From sequence record NC_100372.1: a stretch of DNA of 64,000 nt; one strand, 5' to 3'. Below the pieces are notes generated by a model. It had not been told where the DNA came from, did no database searches, and saw only the letters and a list, made by a program, of their open reading frames with translations. This DNA is from a phage. The position numbers and the translations under genes were made by a program. Positions 37,938-46,920 of this stretch are shown one piece after another; the stretch's first letter is position 1; each line of letters begins with the position of its first letter.

Positions 37938-38072
37938 CTAAAACAATGAGTTAATATATAACATTAGATCGCTGACTACCAGGACAACACTGATCAGCAC
38001 ATACCTAACCATAAGGGGAAAGATCGCCAACATTGCCACCACGATCCCCATGGTAATAATTATCTTTCTCAT
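37938..38072 (-). CDS. Small membrane peptide (44 aa)
   Basis: Hydrophobic ORF tightly coupled to the upstream stop; weak RBS. Confidence 0.3.
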   Translation of the reverse strand: MRKIIITMGIVVAMLAIFPLMVRYVLISVVLVVSDLMLYINSLF

Positions 38073-38074
38073 GG

Positions 38075-38359
38075 TTAACGGTTCACGTAAGTTTTCCCGT
38101 TTACGGTTATCGGCAGATCCTCCAGGTCTGGATCTTCTTTAAGGTCGCGAGCAAGTTCACCGCACCGGACGCCCTCGAATCCGTAGTACTCTGTAGTGCC
38201 GTCCTTAAAAGTTTTTGCGGCAAGGCATAGGCGATAAGTAACCCCGATTTGATTGACGGCATGGATATCAGTTAGATCTACCTCTTTTGCCAACTCTTTA
38301 GCCATTACAGGCGCATTAAGTCCAACAACCAGGGCAACCACTGCGATCATCTTTTTCAT
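38075..38359 (-). CDS. Small secreted protein
   Basis: N-terminal signal peptide MKKMIAVVALVVGLNAPVMA. Confidence 0.5.
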   Translation of the reverse strand: MKKMIAVVALVVGLNAPVMAKELAKEVDLTDIHAVNQIGVTYRLCLAAKTFKDGTTEYYGFEGVRCGELARDLKEDPDLEDLPITVNGKTYVNR

Positions 38360-38450
38360 TGTGTCTATCCTCTTTCTGCTACGTTTAAGGCGGCAGTAAC
38401 CGCCTGTTTATGCTTTGTTGGTTAATTTTCGGGTATCTGTATAAATTAAA

Positions 38451-38666
38451 CTATGCTGTACGCTCAACTATAACAACGGCTTGAGGGATCTCACCTTCAA
38501 CCACTATCAAGGCTTTTTTCTGCGTGATAGATATCTTTACCCGCTTCAGCGTGGCGGTAAAATCTTTCATTTCGTCACGTGGTGTTTTAGTGCAATACCA
38601 GATCTCAGGCTTGCCGATCTGCAAGTTGCGTAAAAATTCTGTTTTGCCTGTTTTGTTGGTGATCAT
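38451..38666 (-). CDS. Hypothetical protein
   Basis: ORF. Confidence 0.45.
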   Translation of the reverse strand: MITNKTGKTEFLRNLQIGKPEIWYCTKTPRDEMKDFTATLKRVKISITQKKALIVVEGEIPQAVVIVERTA

Positions 38667-38722
38667 TTGCCCCTCTTTATTTTTTCATAATTTCAGGAGG
38701 GGCCTTTTCGGCCCCGCCAGGC

Positions 38723-39007
38723 TTATTTATTGATGGCGTGCAACGGGAAAGGTACGCCAGGTTGATAGATAACTTTTACAACCTCATCAGGGCAAAAGAA
38801 GTTGCAAAATTCACCGCAATAGGCTTCGTCTTCTTTTAGCTCTTCATCAACATACTCAAAAAAGTAGTCGATGCTTGGATAATCCTGGCCGGGATTATAG
38901 TCGACCATTGTCAGGACTAGCTCAAGATCGTTGCGTAGGATATGCATACCAGCTTTTAAGTATTTGGCTTCCATTTCTACTACATCGCCAACGGTAACAA
39001 TAGCCAT
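38723..39007 (-). CDS. Hypothetical acidic protein
   Basis: ORF. Confidence 0.5.
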   Translation of the reverse strand: MAIVTVGDVVEMEAKYLKAGMHILRNDLELVLTMVDYNPGQDYPSIDYFFEYVDEELKEDEAYCGEFCNFFCPDEVVKVIYQPGVPFPLHAINK

Positions 39008-39215
39008 GGTTTTAACTCCTATCTATCCGGTTAATGATTGGAGGCCTCACCGCCCCCCCCGACACCCTTTATTATCCATATTGTAGGACTTGATGCAAGT
39101 ACTTCTTTAAAAAATTTTTAAGCGCCTTGGGGCCGCTGTAACGCCAAAATAATAAAGGCCATGCGGGTTGCATAGCCTTTAGATGATTATATCGCTGTAG
39201 GCCCTGCTGGGGGCC

Positions 39216-39566
39216 TTATTTTGCATTATTTCCTATATTGCCGCTACGGTACCAGCGTTTACGGTGAAAATGGTAATAATCGCCATCGGCATTGAACATC
39301 AGATGGTTTTCAATAACCAGCTTACGAAGGTGGGCCGGATCTTGTTCCATTCTTGCCAGACTCTGGCGGCTGTTACGTAAGCGGATAAATTCCATATTCA
39401 GGCCGTTGATTGCAGCATGGATGTCAAAGTAACCACCTTTGAGACGTTCACGCATGGCGTTAATCTCAACACAATATACAGATTTCTCACAAATCAAGGT
39501 ATTAGCCAGGGCGCGGACCTGGGCAAGGGGGTTAAGCTCATTAAGGTAATATAGTTTTACTTTCAT
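39216..39566 (-). CDS. Hypothetical protein
   Basis: ORF. Confidence 0.5.
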   Translation of the reverse strand: MKVKLYYLNELNPLAQVRALANTLICEKSVYCVEINAMRERLKGGYFDIHAAINGLNMEFIRLRNSRQSLARMEQDPAHLRKLVIENHLMFNADGDYYHFHRKRWYRSGNIGNNAK

Positions 39567-39583
39567 AAAATAACCTGCTGAAA

Positions 39584-39883
39584 CTAGTTTGAGAAAACAT
39601 CGTTCACAATAGCGATCACAATGCCGTTCACCTTGTCACGGTCAACAATGCACAAATCGCCATAGATCATGTGGTAGTCTGGATGATCTTTCACGGAATA
39701 ATCAATGAGTGTTTTCTTATCGTCCAGCTTACTAACTTCCATTCTCATAACGATATGAGAATCATCAAAGGCATTATTCCGAAAAGTCATAACCTGACCG
39801 CCAGGGCACCCGGTGATCTCTACTTCCACGCCGTCTACGATCTGACCATCAAAGAAATAAAGATTATTAGCCTGGATAAACAT
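39584..39883 (-). CDS. Hypothetical protein
   Basis: Start moved to the ATG 8 nt after AAGGAG. Confidence 0.5.
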   Translation of the reverse strand: MFIQANNLYFFDGQIVDGVEVEITGCPGGQVMTFRNNAFDDSHIVMRMEVSKLDDKKTLIDYSVKDHPDYHMIYGDLCIVDRDKVNGIVIAIVNDVFSN

Positions 39884-39974
39884 GATCATTACTCCTTTTT
39901 GCACTGATTATTTTAACAGGGTTTAAATTTACTTTATTGATGGCCCTGGAGTCAAGGCCATCTAAAAATAAATT

Positions 39975-40175
39975 TTACAGGCCTACAATCTCTTTAATTC
40001 GTTTTACTGCTGCCTCAGCGCCTTGAGGGTAAAAATTATGGTAACCAATCACGCGGGTAATACTGATCGCCACTTGATGATCTTCATAATCGCCTTTGAA
40101 GATTTCTTGACCGTCAATCAGCACGGCAATTTTTTCTTCTTTTTTGAAGTTAATAACGCGGATATTGTTGCTCAT
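39975..40175 (-). CDS. Hypothetical protein
   Basis: Start at MSNNIRV after AAAGGAGAAACAAA RBS. Confidence 0.45.
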   Translation of the reverse strand: MSNNIRVINFKKEEKIAVLIDGQEIFKGDYEDHQVAISITRVIGYHNFYPQGAEAAVKRIKEIVGL

Positions 40176-40289
40176 TTTGTTTCTCCTTTCTGGTCTTTGT
40201 GTTGGTGGGGATTGCTCCCCGTTGATTGTTATTATCCATATTTCCGGACCGGATTGCAACACCCTAGAAGAAAAATTTTTGAAAAAGTT

Positions 40290-40312
40290 AAGCCCCCAGG
40301 GATTGGGGGCCG
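40290..40312 (-). terminator. Intrinsic terminator candidate (GCCCCCA-loop-TGGGGGC, U-rich tail on minus strand)
   Basis: Hairpin downstream of the small gene 40316..40435. Confidence 0.4.
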
Positions 40313-40315
40313 TTA

Positions 40316-40435
40316 TCAGTTACTTACAGCGATAAAGTACATCCCTACGCCTAACAATATTTCAAGGGCGATGATCTCAAGCCATACCGTAACACGGCGC
40401 ACCTTATCGGTGCGGGGCTTATCCTTGGGTGTCAT
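40316..40435 (-). CDS. Small membrane peptide (39 aa)
   Basis: AGGAGG...GGGGGAG RBS; hydrophobic C-terminal half. Confidence 0.35.
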   Translation of the reverse strand: MTPKDKPRTDKVRRVTVWLEIIALEILLGVGMYFIAVSN

Positions 40436-40601
40436 CGTCTCCCCCTTTCCTCCTGTTAGCAGTGACGTGGTTTGCAATGGCCCCCAGGAGTATTATCACC
40501 ACGCACATTACAAGAAAAATTATCTCTGTCGTTGTTCGATCCATTGTTATAAAATTCCTTAAGATCAGGCCTGAAAATAAAGCTTTCGTTATTGAATCCA
40601 T
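40419..40601 (-). CDS. Small membrane protein
   Basis: ORF with TM helix. Confidence 0.35.
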   Translation of the reverse strand: MDSITKALFSGLILRNFITMDRTTTEIIFLVMCVVIILLGAIANHVTANRRKGGDDDTQG

Positions 40602-40654
40602 CCCGCCAGGCGGCTGGCTTCAAATCTTCACTAAATGGATTAATTAACGTGGTA

Positions 40655-41026
40655 TTATTTAAACGGCTGGCCCACATATTTTCTATTCCTCTCAAATAAG
40701 CGATCCGCCTCAGTTAAACAAATCTCATGGGCGTGATCTCTGGTTTTAGCTTCATCGAAAACCTGTTGTGCAAGGCTGCAACGTAGGGAGACTGGAAGAT
40801 CACTATAATAGGCGTTGACAAACGTTTGAGCGTCGTACAGGTCTGAAAATACTTTACCCTTTCTATTATTCCCCTTGTCAACAATTGCAAGGATAACCAA
40901 TACAATAGTTGCAACCACTCCCAGGAAGATAGATATAATAAACCATAAAAAGGCGGATCTACCCATCTTGCCAGCGATCCAGGCGTTAAACAAGGCAACT
41001 AATATAGCCAAAATAATAAATTCCAT
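40655..41026 (-). CDS. Membrane protein (two TM helices)
   Basis: Start at MEFIIL after AAAGAGG RBS. Confidence 0.5.
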   Translation of the reverse strand: MEFIILAILVALFNAWIAGKMGRSAFLWFIISIFLGVVATIVLVILAIVDKGNNRKGKVFSDLYDAQTFVNAYYSDLPVSLRCSLAQQVFDEAKTRDHAHEICLTEADRLFERNRKYVGQPFK

Positions 41027-41093
41027 TCTATGTACCTCTTTTACAGTTCTGATTAACAATAAGGCGGCAAATATGCCGCCGCCTGTTACCTGA

Positions 41094-41474
41094 TTAAAAA
41101 TTATCGCCGTAAATCTTTCCGCTTTCTACCCATACCACCACGCGGGGCATACTATCCCACACATCTTGTTTTAGATTGAGCGAGTGCAGTTCTTCGGTGG
41201 TGCTCATACCGGGCACGGGCTGATTGTATACTGCAAAACGACCGCCTGCATAATCATAGGCCAGGGTTAAATCACACTGGATCATCTTTTTGATCATGGC
41301 ATTAAGCATAGCGTTAGCCGCGTACTGATCTCGTTTTAATGGCAACTCTTTAATCAGTTTGCGATAGTTTTCGATATGGTCGCACACTGTTTCACGCGGA
41401 AGATCTTTCATATCTTCACGGAATGTAACCAGGTTAAACATAACGGTGTCAATAGCTTTAGTAGTGTTTTTCAT
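41094..41474 (-). CDS. Hypothetical protein
   Basis: Start at MKNTTK after AAGAGGAAAAC RBS. Confidence 0.5.
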   Translation of the reverse strand: MKNTTKAIDTVMFNLVTFREDMKDLPRETVCDHIENYRKLIKELPLKRDQYAANAMLNAMIKKMIQCDLTLAYDYAGGRFAVYNQPVPGMSTTEELHSLNLKQDVWDSMPRVVVWVESGKIYGDNF

Positions 41475-41565
41475 GATGTTTTCCTCTTTGTTTTGTGGGA
41501 GGCAAGTCATCTCGCCCCCTTGAGTTTTAAATATAGCAGGTTTTTAGATTATTGCAACACTTTAT

Positions 41566-42189
41566 TTATGAAAAACTCATCTCACCATATTCATCCACAT
41601 CAAACCGCCAATCATTGGCTTCAATAAGGCCGATCAGGTTTTCGGTAGTAAACTGTTCAAGATAGGCCTCCTCCAGGTCTACATAAACCTTGCGGGATAG
41701 CTCCCGTACCGTCTCGGTGATCAGCTCTTCCAGGTCTTCCACTTTGTTTTCTTGTTTGGCGGTCAGATCTAGCCAGGTGGTATCAATGTATCCGCTTACA
41801 GTGTTTTCATGGCTGTAATGGCTGTACTTGTCGCGTTCAACACTGGCTGATAACTCGCCATCGTGCATTGTGCCGAACAAGTGACGAATTGATCGGAACT
41901 TGGTCAGGGCCTTTACTTTACGCAAGAATTTTTCTAAATCCACGTTTTCAGCACTGATTGACGCGCCGTCACCCTGGCACCAAAAGCCGGACCAATGTAC
42001 TTCGGTATCTTCAAGGCCGTACTCTGGAAAAACTTGTTCTTTATAATATTCAATTACACTTTCTGCGAAAAAATCCTCTCCGCTGTGTTCTTCTCTTTCG
42101 CGGACCATTTCAATAGCTTTTTCTTTTTGTTCGTCGGTCAGCACGTCGAAAGATAAATTGCAACCTGTGGTAATGTTAACGGTGGTCAT
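41566..42189 (-). CDS. Hypothetical acidic protein (207 aa)
   Basis: Glu/Asp-rich, HWSGFWCQGDGASI segment; no confident family assignment. Confidence 0.55.
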   Translation of the reverse strand: MTTVNITTGCNLSFDVLTDEQKEKAIEMVREREEHSGEDFFAESVIEYYKEQVFPEYGLEDTEVHWSGFWCQGDGASISAENVDLEKFLRKVKALTKFRSIRHLFGTMHDGELSASVERDKYSHYSHENTVSGYIDTTWLDLTAKQENKVEDLEELITETVRELSRKVYVDLEEAYLEQFTTENLIGLIEANDWRFDVDEYGEMSFS

Positions 42190-42263
42190 GATATTTTCTC
42201 CTGTTTTCTTTATTAGTGGCGGGAAGTTTTCCCGCCTGTGTGTTTAATTATACTTATTGAGAT

Positions 42264-42524
42264 TTACTTGTCAACACTATTTTTTAAATTATTGTGGCGT
42301 AAAATGTTCAAGATCTCTTCAACGTCATCAACACGGCGGTAATTTTTAAACGCTACCAATTGCCCCATGATTTTAATCACTGGGCGGCCTTGCCAGTGCC
42401 CCTGGAGAAAGCGCGCCTTGACTTTATCGGTGGAGCTATCACGCCACCAAATGGCCTTGTTGTTGCAGTAGTAAAAATTATTCAGGACAACATCAACCTT
42501 ATCAAAATTTTTTAATTTACGCAT
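42264..42524 (-). CDS. Hypothetical protein
   Basis: ORF with upstream promoter. Confidence 0.5.
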   Translation of the reverse strand: MRKLKNFDKVDVVLNNFYYCNNKAIWWRDSSTDKVKARFLQGHWQGRPVIKIMGQLVAFKNYRRVDDVEEILNILRHNNLKNSVDK

Positions 42525-42556
42525 GGCGTTTACTCCTTTCTCTCTTTGATGTGGTT

Positions 42557-42584
42557 AGTATAGCTAACCTGTTTAAGATGTCAA
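42557..42584 (-). promoter_or_regulatory. Sigma70-like promoter on minus strand (TTGACA-16-TATACT)
   Basis: Reverse complement of 42557-42584. Confidence 0.45.
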
Positions 42585-42730
42585 GCTTTAAATAAAATCA
42601 CTGTCAATAATATTTTTAACGCCATAAAACGGCCCTGGGCGATGTTTTCAGGTTAAGAAAGGCGATTGCATAGGTGGGGGCCTTTTCGGCGCTTACAGGG
42701 CCAACCAGGGGCGCTATTCGTAGGATAGAA

Positions 42731-42757
42731 ATAAAAAGCCCCGCACAATGGCGGGGC
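42731..42757 (-). terminator. Intrinsic terminator (GCCCCGC-loop-GCGGGGC with TTTTTATTT on minus strand)
   Basis: Strong hairpin plus U-run immediately after gene 42766..42963. Confidence 0.65.
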
Positions 42758-42765
42758 GTTGGTTG

Positions 42766-42963
42766 TTATTTGTCTTTATGGCGGTATCGTTCTGCCTGTC
42801 GTTCACGTTCCAAAAGTAGGCCAGGCAATTTACGATCATAATGATTTCGCCAGATCTTTCCAAATCTTTTTGGCTTATTTAGTTTATTGTTACGCTGGCG
42901 GCGTTCCGGCAGCTCTTCGGAATCATGAGATCGCTTTACAATCTTCTCAAAATTAATCTTCAT
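42766..42963 (-). CDS. Hypothetical basic protein
   Basis: Start at MKINFEK after AGGGGG RBS. Confidence 0.45.
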   Translation of the reverse strand: MKINFEKIVKRSHDSEELPERRQRNNKLNKPKRFGKIWRNHYDRKLPGLLLERERQAERYRHKDK

Positions 42964-43306
42964 ATATTCCCCCCTTGCTAACTTCAATATTTGCCTGAAT
43001 AGCCCGGATACGGCGCTTTATAACTTCCTGGTCTGTGTGATCGTATCCCCAAAAGTCTACAATTTTTGCGCCCCCCGCCTCCAGGCGGTATAGTGTTTCC
43101 TGCATCTTGTAAGCCGGGACCGGTCGCGGTGTTACTTGGTCACCTTCTTTATTTTTATACTTTATAATATAATCTTCGTTATCGTTGAATGCCCAAAATG
43201 GATATTTTGCAAGGGCGTTGCTTTCTTTTTCGTTCTTAGATTGGATCTTGTTTACAATTAAAGCCGTAGCAATAGCGCCGATAATAAAACTTGCACCGCT
43301 GATCAT
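42953..43306 (-). CDS. Membrane-anchored protein
   Basis: Start at MISGAS after GAAAGGAGAA RBS; N-terminal TM helix. Confidence 0.5.
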   Translation of the reverse strand: MISGASFIIGAIATALIVNKIQSKNEKESNALAKYPFWAFNDNEDYIIKYKNKEGDQVTPRPVPAYKMQETLYRLEAGGAKIVDFWGYDHTDQEVIKRRIRAIQANIEVSKGGIYED

Positions 43307-43381
43307 GTTACTTTCTCCTTTCATGGTGTTAATAAATTATCTTTATAGATGGCCCTGCAGCCAGGACCACCGAAAAAATAA

Positions 43382-43627
43382 CTATTTCACAATGCCCACA
43401 AAACAGATCCCGCCTTCCCCGACGTAGGCAATATCGGTCACTTTGTAGTCGGTTAAGATCTGTTTATTCAGATCATTAATAAAATCGGTCATTGCGTTGG
43501 TGTAGTTGTCTTCCATGTCTAGGGAATAATCCCAGGTGTAAACCTTTTTACGTCCGAAGCCTTTAACAACAACACGGGCACCTTTGGTGTTGGTTGGTGC
43601 ATAGTATTTAGTGATTAGTGCTGCCAT
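43382..43627 (-). CDS. Hypothetical protein
   Basis: ORF. Confidence 0.5.
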   Translation of the reverse strand: MAALITKYYAPTNTKGARVVVKGFGRKKVYTWDYSLDMEDNYTNAMTDFINDLNKQILTDYKVTDIAYVGEGGICFVGIVK

Positions 43628-43716
43628 GGTTTTAACTCCTCTGTATTAGTTCAGTGTTAACAGTGTAAAGTTTACTTTATTGATGGCCCTGGAGTCAAGG
43701 CCATCTAAAAATAAAC

Positions 43717-44121
43717 TTAGTAAGTTTTCAGTACTTTACCGTCCAACCTGTCAAGCTGGATCTCGATAGCTGCAGAAAACCTATTGTACACCACGTCGCC
43801 CATGGAATCCAACCAGTCTATGACGTTATACACCTGCTCTTTGTTCTTGCAGGTCCGGATCCGTTTCATGATGTAAGCCGGATCAATATTGGTACTTTCG
43901 TTGGTGTTCCCCTGTACCTGATTTGCCGTATTAGTTACATCTTTAATGGCCTTTACCACCACCTGGAAGGGCTTTAAGGTGCCTTTTGCGTTCATCTCAC
44001 GCGCTTTTGCGGCGCGGTTGTTATATGTTACACAACGGCGGCAAATGTTCACCAAATGCATGTCAATAATTTTTTCATCGTTTGCCAGTTCGTTCATGAT
44101 GCGGCGTACGTTCTTATTCAT
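43717..44121 (-). CDS. Hypothetical protein
   Basis: ORF. Confidence 0.5.
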   Translation of the reverse strand: MNKNVRRIMNELANDEKIIDMHLVNICRRCVTYNNRAAKAREMNAKGTLKPFQVVVKAIKDVTNTANQVQGNTNESTNIDPAYIMKRIRTCKNKEQVYNVIDWLDSMGDVVYNRFSAAIEIQLDRLDGKVLKTY

Positions 44122-44140
44122 GATCTTTTTCCTTTGTGTT

Positions 44141-44165
44141 GGCGGGAAACATTCCCGCCTTTTGT
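44141..44165 (+). other. Hairpin GGCGGGAA-ACAT-TTCCCGCC with T-run on the plus strand only
   Basis: Sits in the 5-prime leader of a minus-strand gene; near-identical hairpin at about 42203-42222. Confidence 0.4.
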
Positions 44166-44203
44166 GACTAGTTTACTTGAATTTTGCAGCGTGTCAACAA
44201 TTT

Positions 44204-44602
44204 TTATTCGTGGGCGCATGTTACAATGTGCTTTTTATAGCCCAGGTGGTTAGCAAGTGCCGACAAAAACTCTTCTTCATAGATCCAGCCGTTGGCAGTG
44301 ATCCCCATAGCATTTAATGCGCTCTCAAGTGCTGCATTAGCTTTATCGTAACCGTGACCGCTCGCCTTCCCGCCAGTATAACCGTACTTATTGTTCTTGT
44401 TGTCGTGAATCCAAAAAACGCAGTATTGAGTGTTCCCGCTGGCGGCGGCATAATACCGGATCTCAGCTACTTCGTGCAAATTATTGTCATCGTCCAGGCC
44501 CACCAGATTATAAGCCTTGTAAAATCCACGATCACGGCGGCAGTTCTTGACATCAGAAAAAGAAAAGTCCGCATTATCAAAATTAAAGGTAGTGGTTTTC
44601 AT
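44204..44602 (-). CDS. Hypothetical protein
   Basis: ORF. Confidence 0.5.
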   Translation of the reverse strand: MKTTTFNFDNADFSFSDVKNCRRDRGFYKAYNLVGLDDDNNLHEVAEIRYYAAASGNTQYCVFWIHDNKNNKYGYTGGKASGHGYDKANAALESALNAMGITANGWIYEEEFLSALANHLGYKKHIVTCAHE

Positions 44603-44666
44603 GATTTTATCCTCTTAGTGTCTTTTGTGCTTTTAGTGTATTTGGTGTCGGACTGTATGTCAATAC

Positions 44667-44864
44667 TTATTTTTTATTAAACCAGTGGTTGATCTGGCCT
44701 TTTGTCAGGGCGCAACGATTAAGCTGTTGCCGGGTATAGCTCTGACCGCGACGGAATTTATAAAGGCCTTGCCCGTTGTTGATGGTTACGTCCACCTGGC
44801 AAATCATTTGATCGGTGACGGCCTGGCGAGTGTTGCGACGTACTTTAATTCCGTAGGCGTTCAT
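44667..44864 (-). CDS. Hypothetical basic protein
   Basis: ORF. Confidence 0.45.
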   Translation of the reverse strand: MNAYGIKVRRNTRQAVTDQMICQVDVTINNGQGLYKFRRGQSYTRQQLNRCALTKGQINHWFNKK

Positions 44865-44947
44865 GATTTTTATCCTCTCTGTTAATTAGTGTGGTGTTGT
44901 TCACCTTGCGAGGATAAGAATAACAGAACTATCCGAGCTGTCAACCA

Positions 44948-45121
44948 TTAGTTAGAATTATTTTTTGGGCAGAATTCTCCAGCCGCCGCCCCTGCCAGGT
45001 TAACCATCATTTTTTCGTACTCTTCTTTATGTTCCAACGCTCCCGCCATAGCCTTTTCAACCAGGGCGATAGCCTCAGCGTCATTAATCGCTACATTTCC
45101 AGGGATCCTATTACCTTTCAT
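44948..45121 (-). CDS. Small protein (57 aa), below the ORF-track size cutoff
   Basis: Hand-translated MKGNRIPGNVAINDAEAIALVEKAMAGALEHKEEYEKMMVNLAGAAAGEFCPKNNSN with GAGGAGG RBS. Confidence 0.4.
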   Translation of the reverse strand: MKGNRIPGNVAINDAEAIALVEKAMAGALEHKEEYEKMMVNLAGAAAGEFCPKNNSN

Positions 45122-45327
45122 TTTTGTACCTCCTCTTCAATTGTTACCTGCCCTGTAGCATAGGCCTACCAGGTTTGCAAGCTTTCACTCTCTCCTACCT
45201 GGTCAGTCAGGTCCTGCCAGGCTGGCCCCGCCAGGTTGCAGCGGTTGGTGTATTATGTTAGAAAAAATTTTTGAAGAAGTGTTGACAGCGGCCCCGCCAG
45301 GTGGCACAATATACCTATCGAAAGGAC

Positions 45328-45398
45328 GGCAGGCACCGGTGACGGGGGAGACAACCACCGGGGATGGGCGCTGCATAAAATGAGAACGGTTATCATTA
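45328..45398 (+). repeat. Conserved module copy 1: GC-rich element (GGCAGGCACC..GGGAGACAACCACCGGGG) followed by GAGAACGGTTATCATT
   Basis: Read directly; a second copy lies 135 bp downstream and a third element in reverse orientation at 37633. Confidence 0.6.
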
Positions 45399-45460
45399 TC
45401 ATTTAAAAATTTATGCAAAAAATCCTTGCTTTCTTTGTCCTGTGTGATACTATAATAACA

Positions 45461-45533
45461 AGCCGGGGCAACAGGGGCCGGGAGACAATCACCGGGGGTG
45501 CCCGTTATTCTGCAAACGAGAATGATTATCATT
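45461..45533 (+). repeat. Conserved module copy 2: GGGAGACAATCACCGGGGGTGCC followed by GAGAATGATTATCATT
   Basis: 21-bp core identical to the reverse complement of 37641-37661. Confidence 0.6.
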
Positions 45534-45663
45534 CAAAATTCTAAATGAGAACTTTTCGCATTTCATAAATTTAGTTAGCATGCTAATTACCTACCGTGAC
45601 AATTCTATATAAAATAATACCTCCTTAAATATTTCCATATACAAATTTTAAAAATCCATTTCC

Positions 45664-45830
45664 GAAAACGAAAAATCGATTTCGTCCCCAAAAATTTCAG
45701 GTCGAGCTCCGGAACGATTTCCAGAAAATCTGATTCAGAAAACGAAAAACAGATCGAGTACTAAGAAATTTATCGAGAAAAATTTTCAGAAAATTCAATC
45801 TTTGAAACGAAAAACAGATCGAGTACTGAG
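45664..45830. repeat. Three degenerate tandem repeats (about 70 bp) with core GAAAACGAAAAACAGATCGAGTACT
   Basis: Cores at about 45664, 45738, 45804. Confidence 0.55.
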
Positions 45831-46138
45831 AGAGATGTATCAAAACCTGCTGAGAATAATGGGTTTATTGTTATAAAGGGTCAAAGGTAAGCTGGGAAAG
45901 TTCCGGTAGAAGGGTGAGAGTATGTGCGGAAAATCTGGAATAGTAACTTAAAGTACGGTGCGAACGATAGAATGAGCAGCACATCTTATCGCGCCTGTCT
46001 TGAAAAATCCATTTTAGTTTTCGATCCATTTTCTGATTTTCTAAGAATTTTAAAATATCCGGCTAGGTAAAATATCAAAAGGAGGAAATCCATTTTAGAA
46101 ATCCTCCTTATACTTGATGTGCCAGGGATTTTCAAGTA

Positions 46139-46468
46139 TCAACTGTCTTTGTTTTTAGGCTTGTGCATACGTAGAGGTATGGTCTTTATAACATTCCATC
46201 TGCCCAACCCCTCCCAGTTCCAATTGTGAGCGTGATACCCAGTTATGCATGCACTGCTGGCGTGATCATAAGCATAAGAGAACGCTATGCGAACCAGGTG
46301 GGGCCAGTCCCTCCACGGCTGTGGACCGTAAGCCTTTCTCCAACACCGACACAAACTAATTGTCTCAAGAATAGGTAGAATAACAAATCCATATACCGCC
46401 ACCAAAATGGTAAGAGCAATGATTGTCAGGAATACATACCCTGCAGTTGAAATAATGATCTCTGTCAT
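46139..46468 (-). CDS. Membrane protein
   Basis: N-terminal TM helices. Confidence 0.5.
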   Translation of the reverse strand: MTEIIISTAGYVFLTIIALTILVAVYGFVILPILETISLCRCWRKAYGPQPWRDWPHLVRIAFSYAYDHASSACITGYHAHNWNWEGLGRWNVIKTIPLRMHKPKNKDS

Positions 46469-46668
46469 TTGTCATCCCCTTTCTTACGGATATAGATGTG
46501 AGAGCCTGCTTGTACATAAATTTCCCGACCATCTTCTGCAAAGATGTGGAATACACGGTCGCCTTCGTATTCAATACGGGATATCTTCATAACGGTCTTC
46601 CCACCCGGAATGCGGATCTCATCACCCACAGCAATGTTCCATGCAGATTTAAGCTTAAACATCTGCAC
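46465..46668 (-). CDS. Hypothetical protein
   Basis: Coupled ORF. Confidence 0.45.
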   Translation of the reverse strand: MQMFKLKSAWNIAVGDEIRIPGGKTVMKISRIEYEGDRVFHIFAEDGREIYVQAGSHIYIRKKGDDK

Positions 46669-46900
46669 CCCCCTTTGGGAGCTCTAACTCTGGCATAGCC
46701 ATATACGCCACGACAGGGTTGTAATCAAAGTAGAAATGACCGTTAATTATCCCAGTTTTGTGGGCATAGTCACCAGATCCTGCAAGAACAATCTCGCAAA
46801 CTCCGAAATCCACCTCGCCATTCTCATCTGCCATGGCTACAATATACTTTCCTAGAGGCATGTTTTTAACGCCGTCTACAAATGTCCACCCTTTGTTCAT
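46655..46900 (-). CDS. Hypothetical protein
   Basis: ORF. Confidence 0.5.
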   Translation of the reverse strand: MNKGWTFVDGVKNMPLGKYIVAMADENGEVDFGVCEIVLAGSGDYAHKTGIINGHFYFDYNPVVAYMAMPELELPKGGADV

Positions 46901-46920
46901 ACTTTATCTCCTGCACTTTC

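Noticed and set aside
40023-40562. Plus-strand 179-aa ORF
   Set aside because: Antisense to several well-supported small minus-strand genes with strong RBSs; translation is low complexity.
45343-45363. T7-type phage RNA polymerase promoter, because of GGGAGACAA
   Set aside because: The upstream sequence does not resemble TAATACGACTCACTATA and no single-subunit RNA polymerase gene is in the window; the resemblance is limited to GGGAGA.
45203-45532. Minus-strand 109-aa ORF across the conserved GC-rich modules
   Set aside because: It spans duplicated regulatory-looking elements, is Pro/Gly-rich low complexity and has no RBS.
45660-45830. Possible CRISPR array
   Set aside because: The repeats are degenerate with irregular 66-74 bp spacing, there are only three units, and no cas genes; better described as tandem regulatory repeats.
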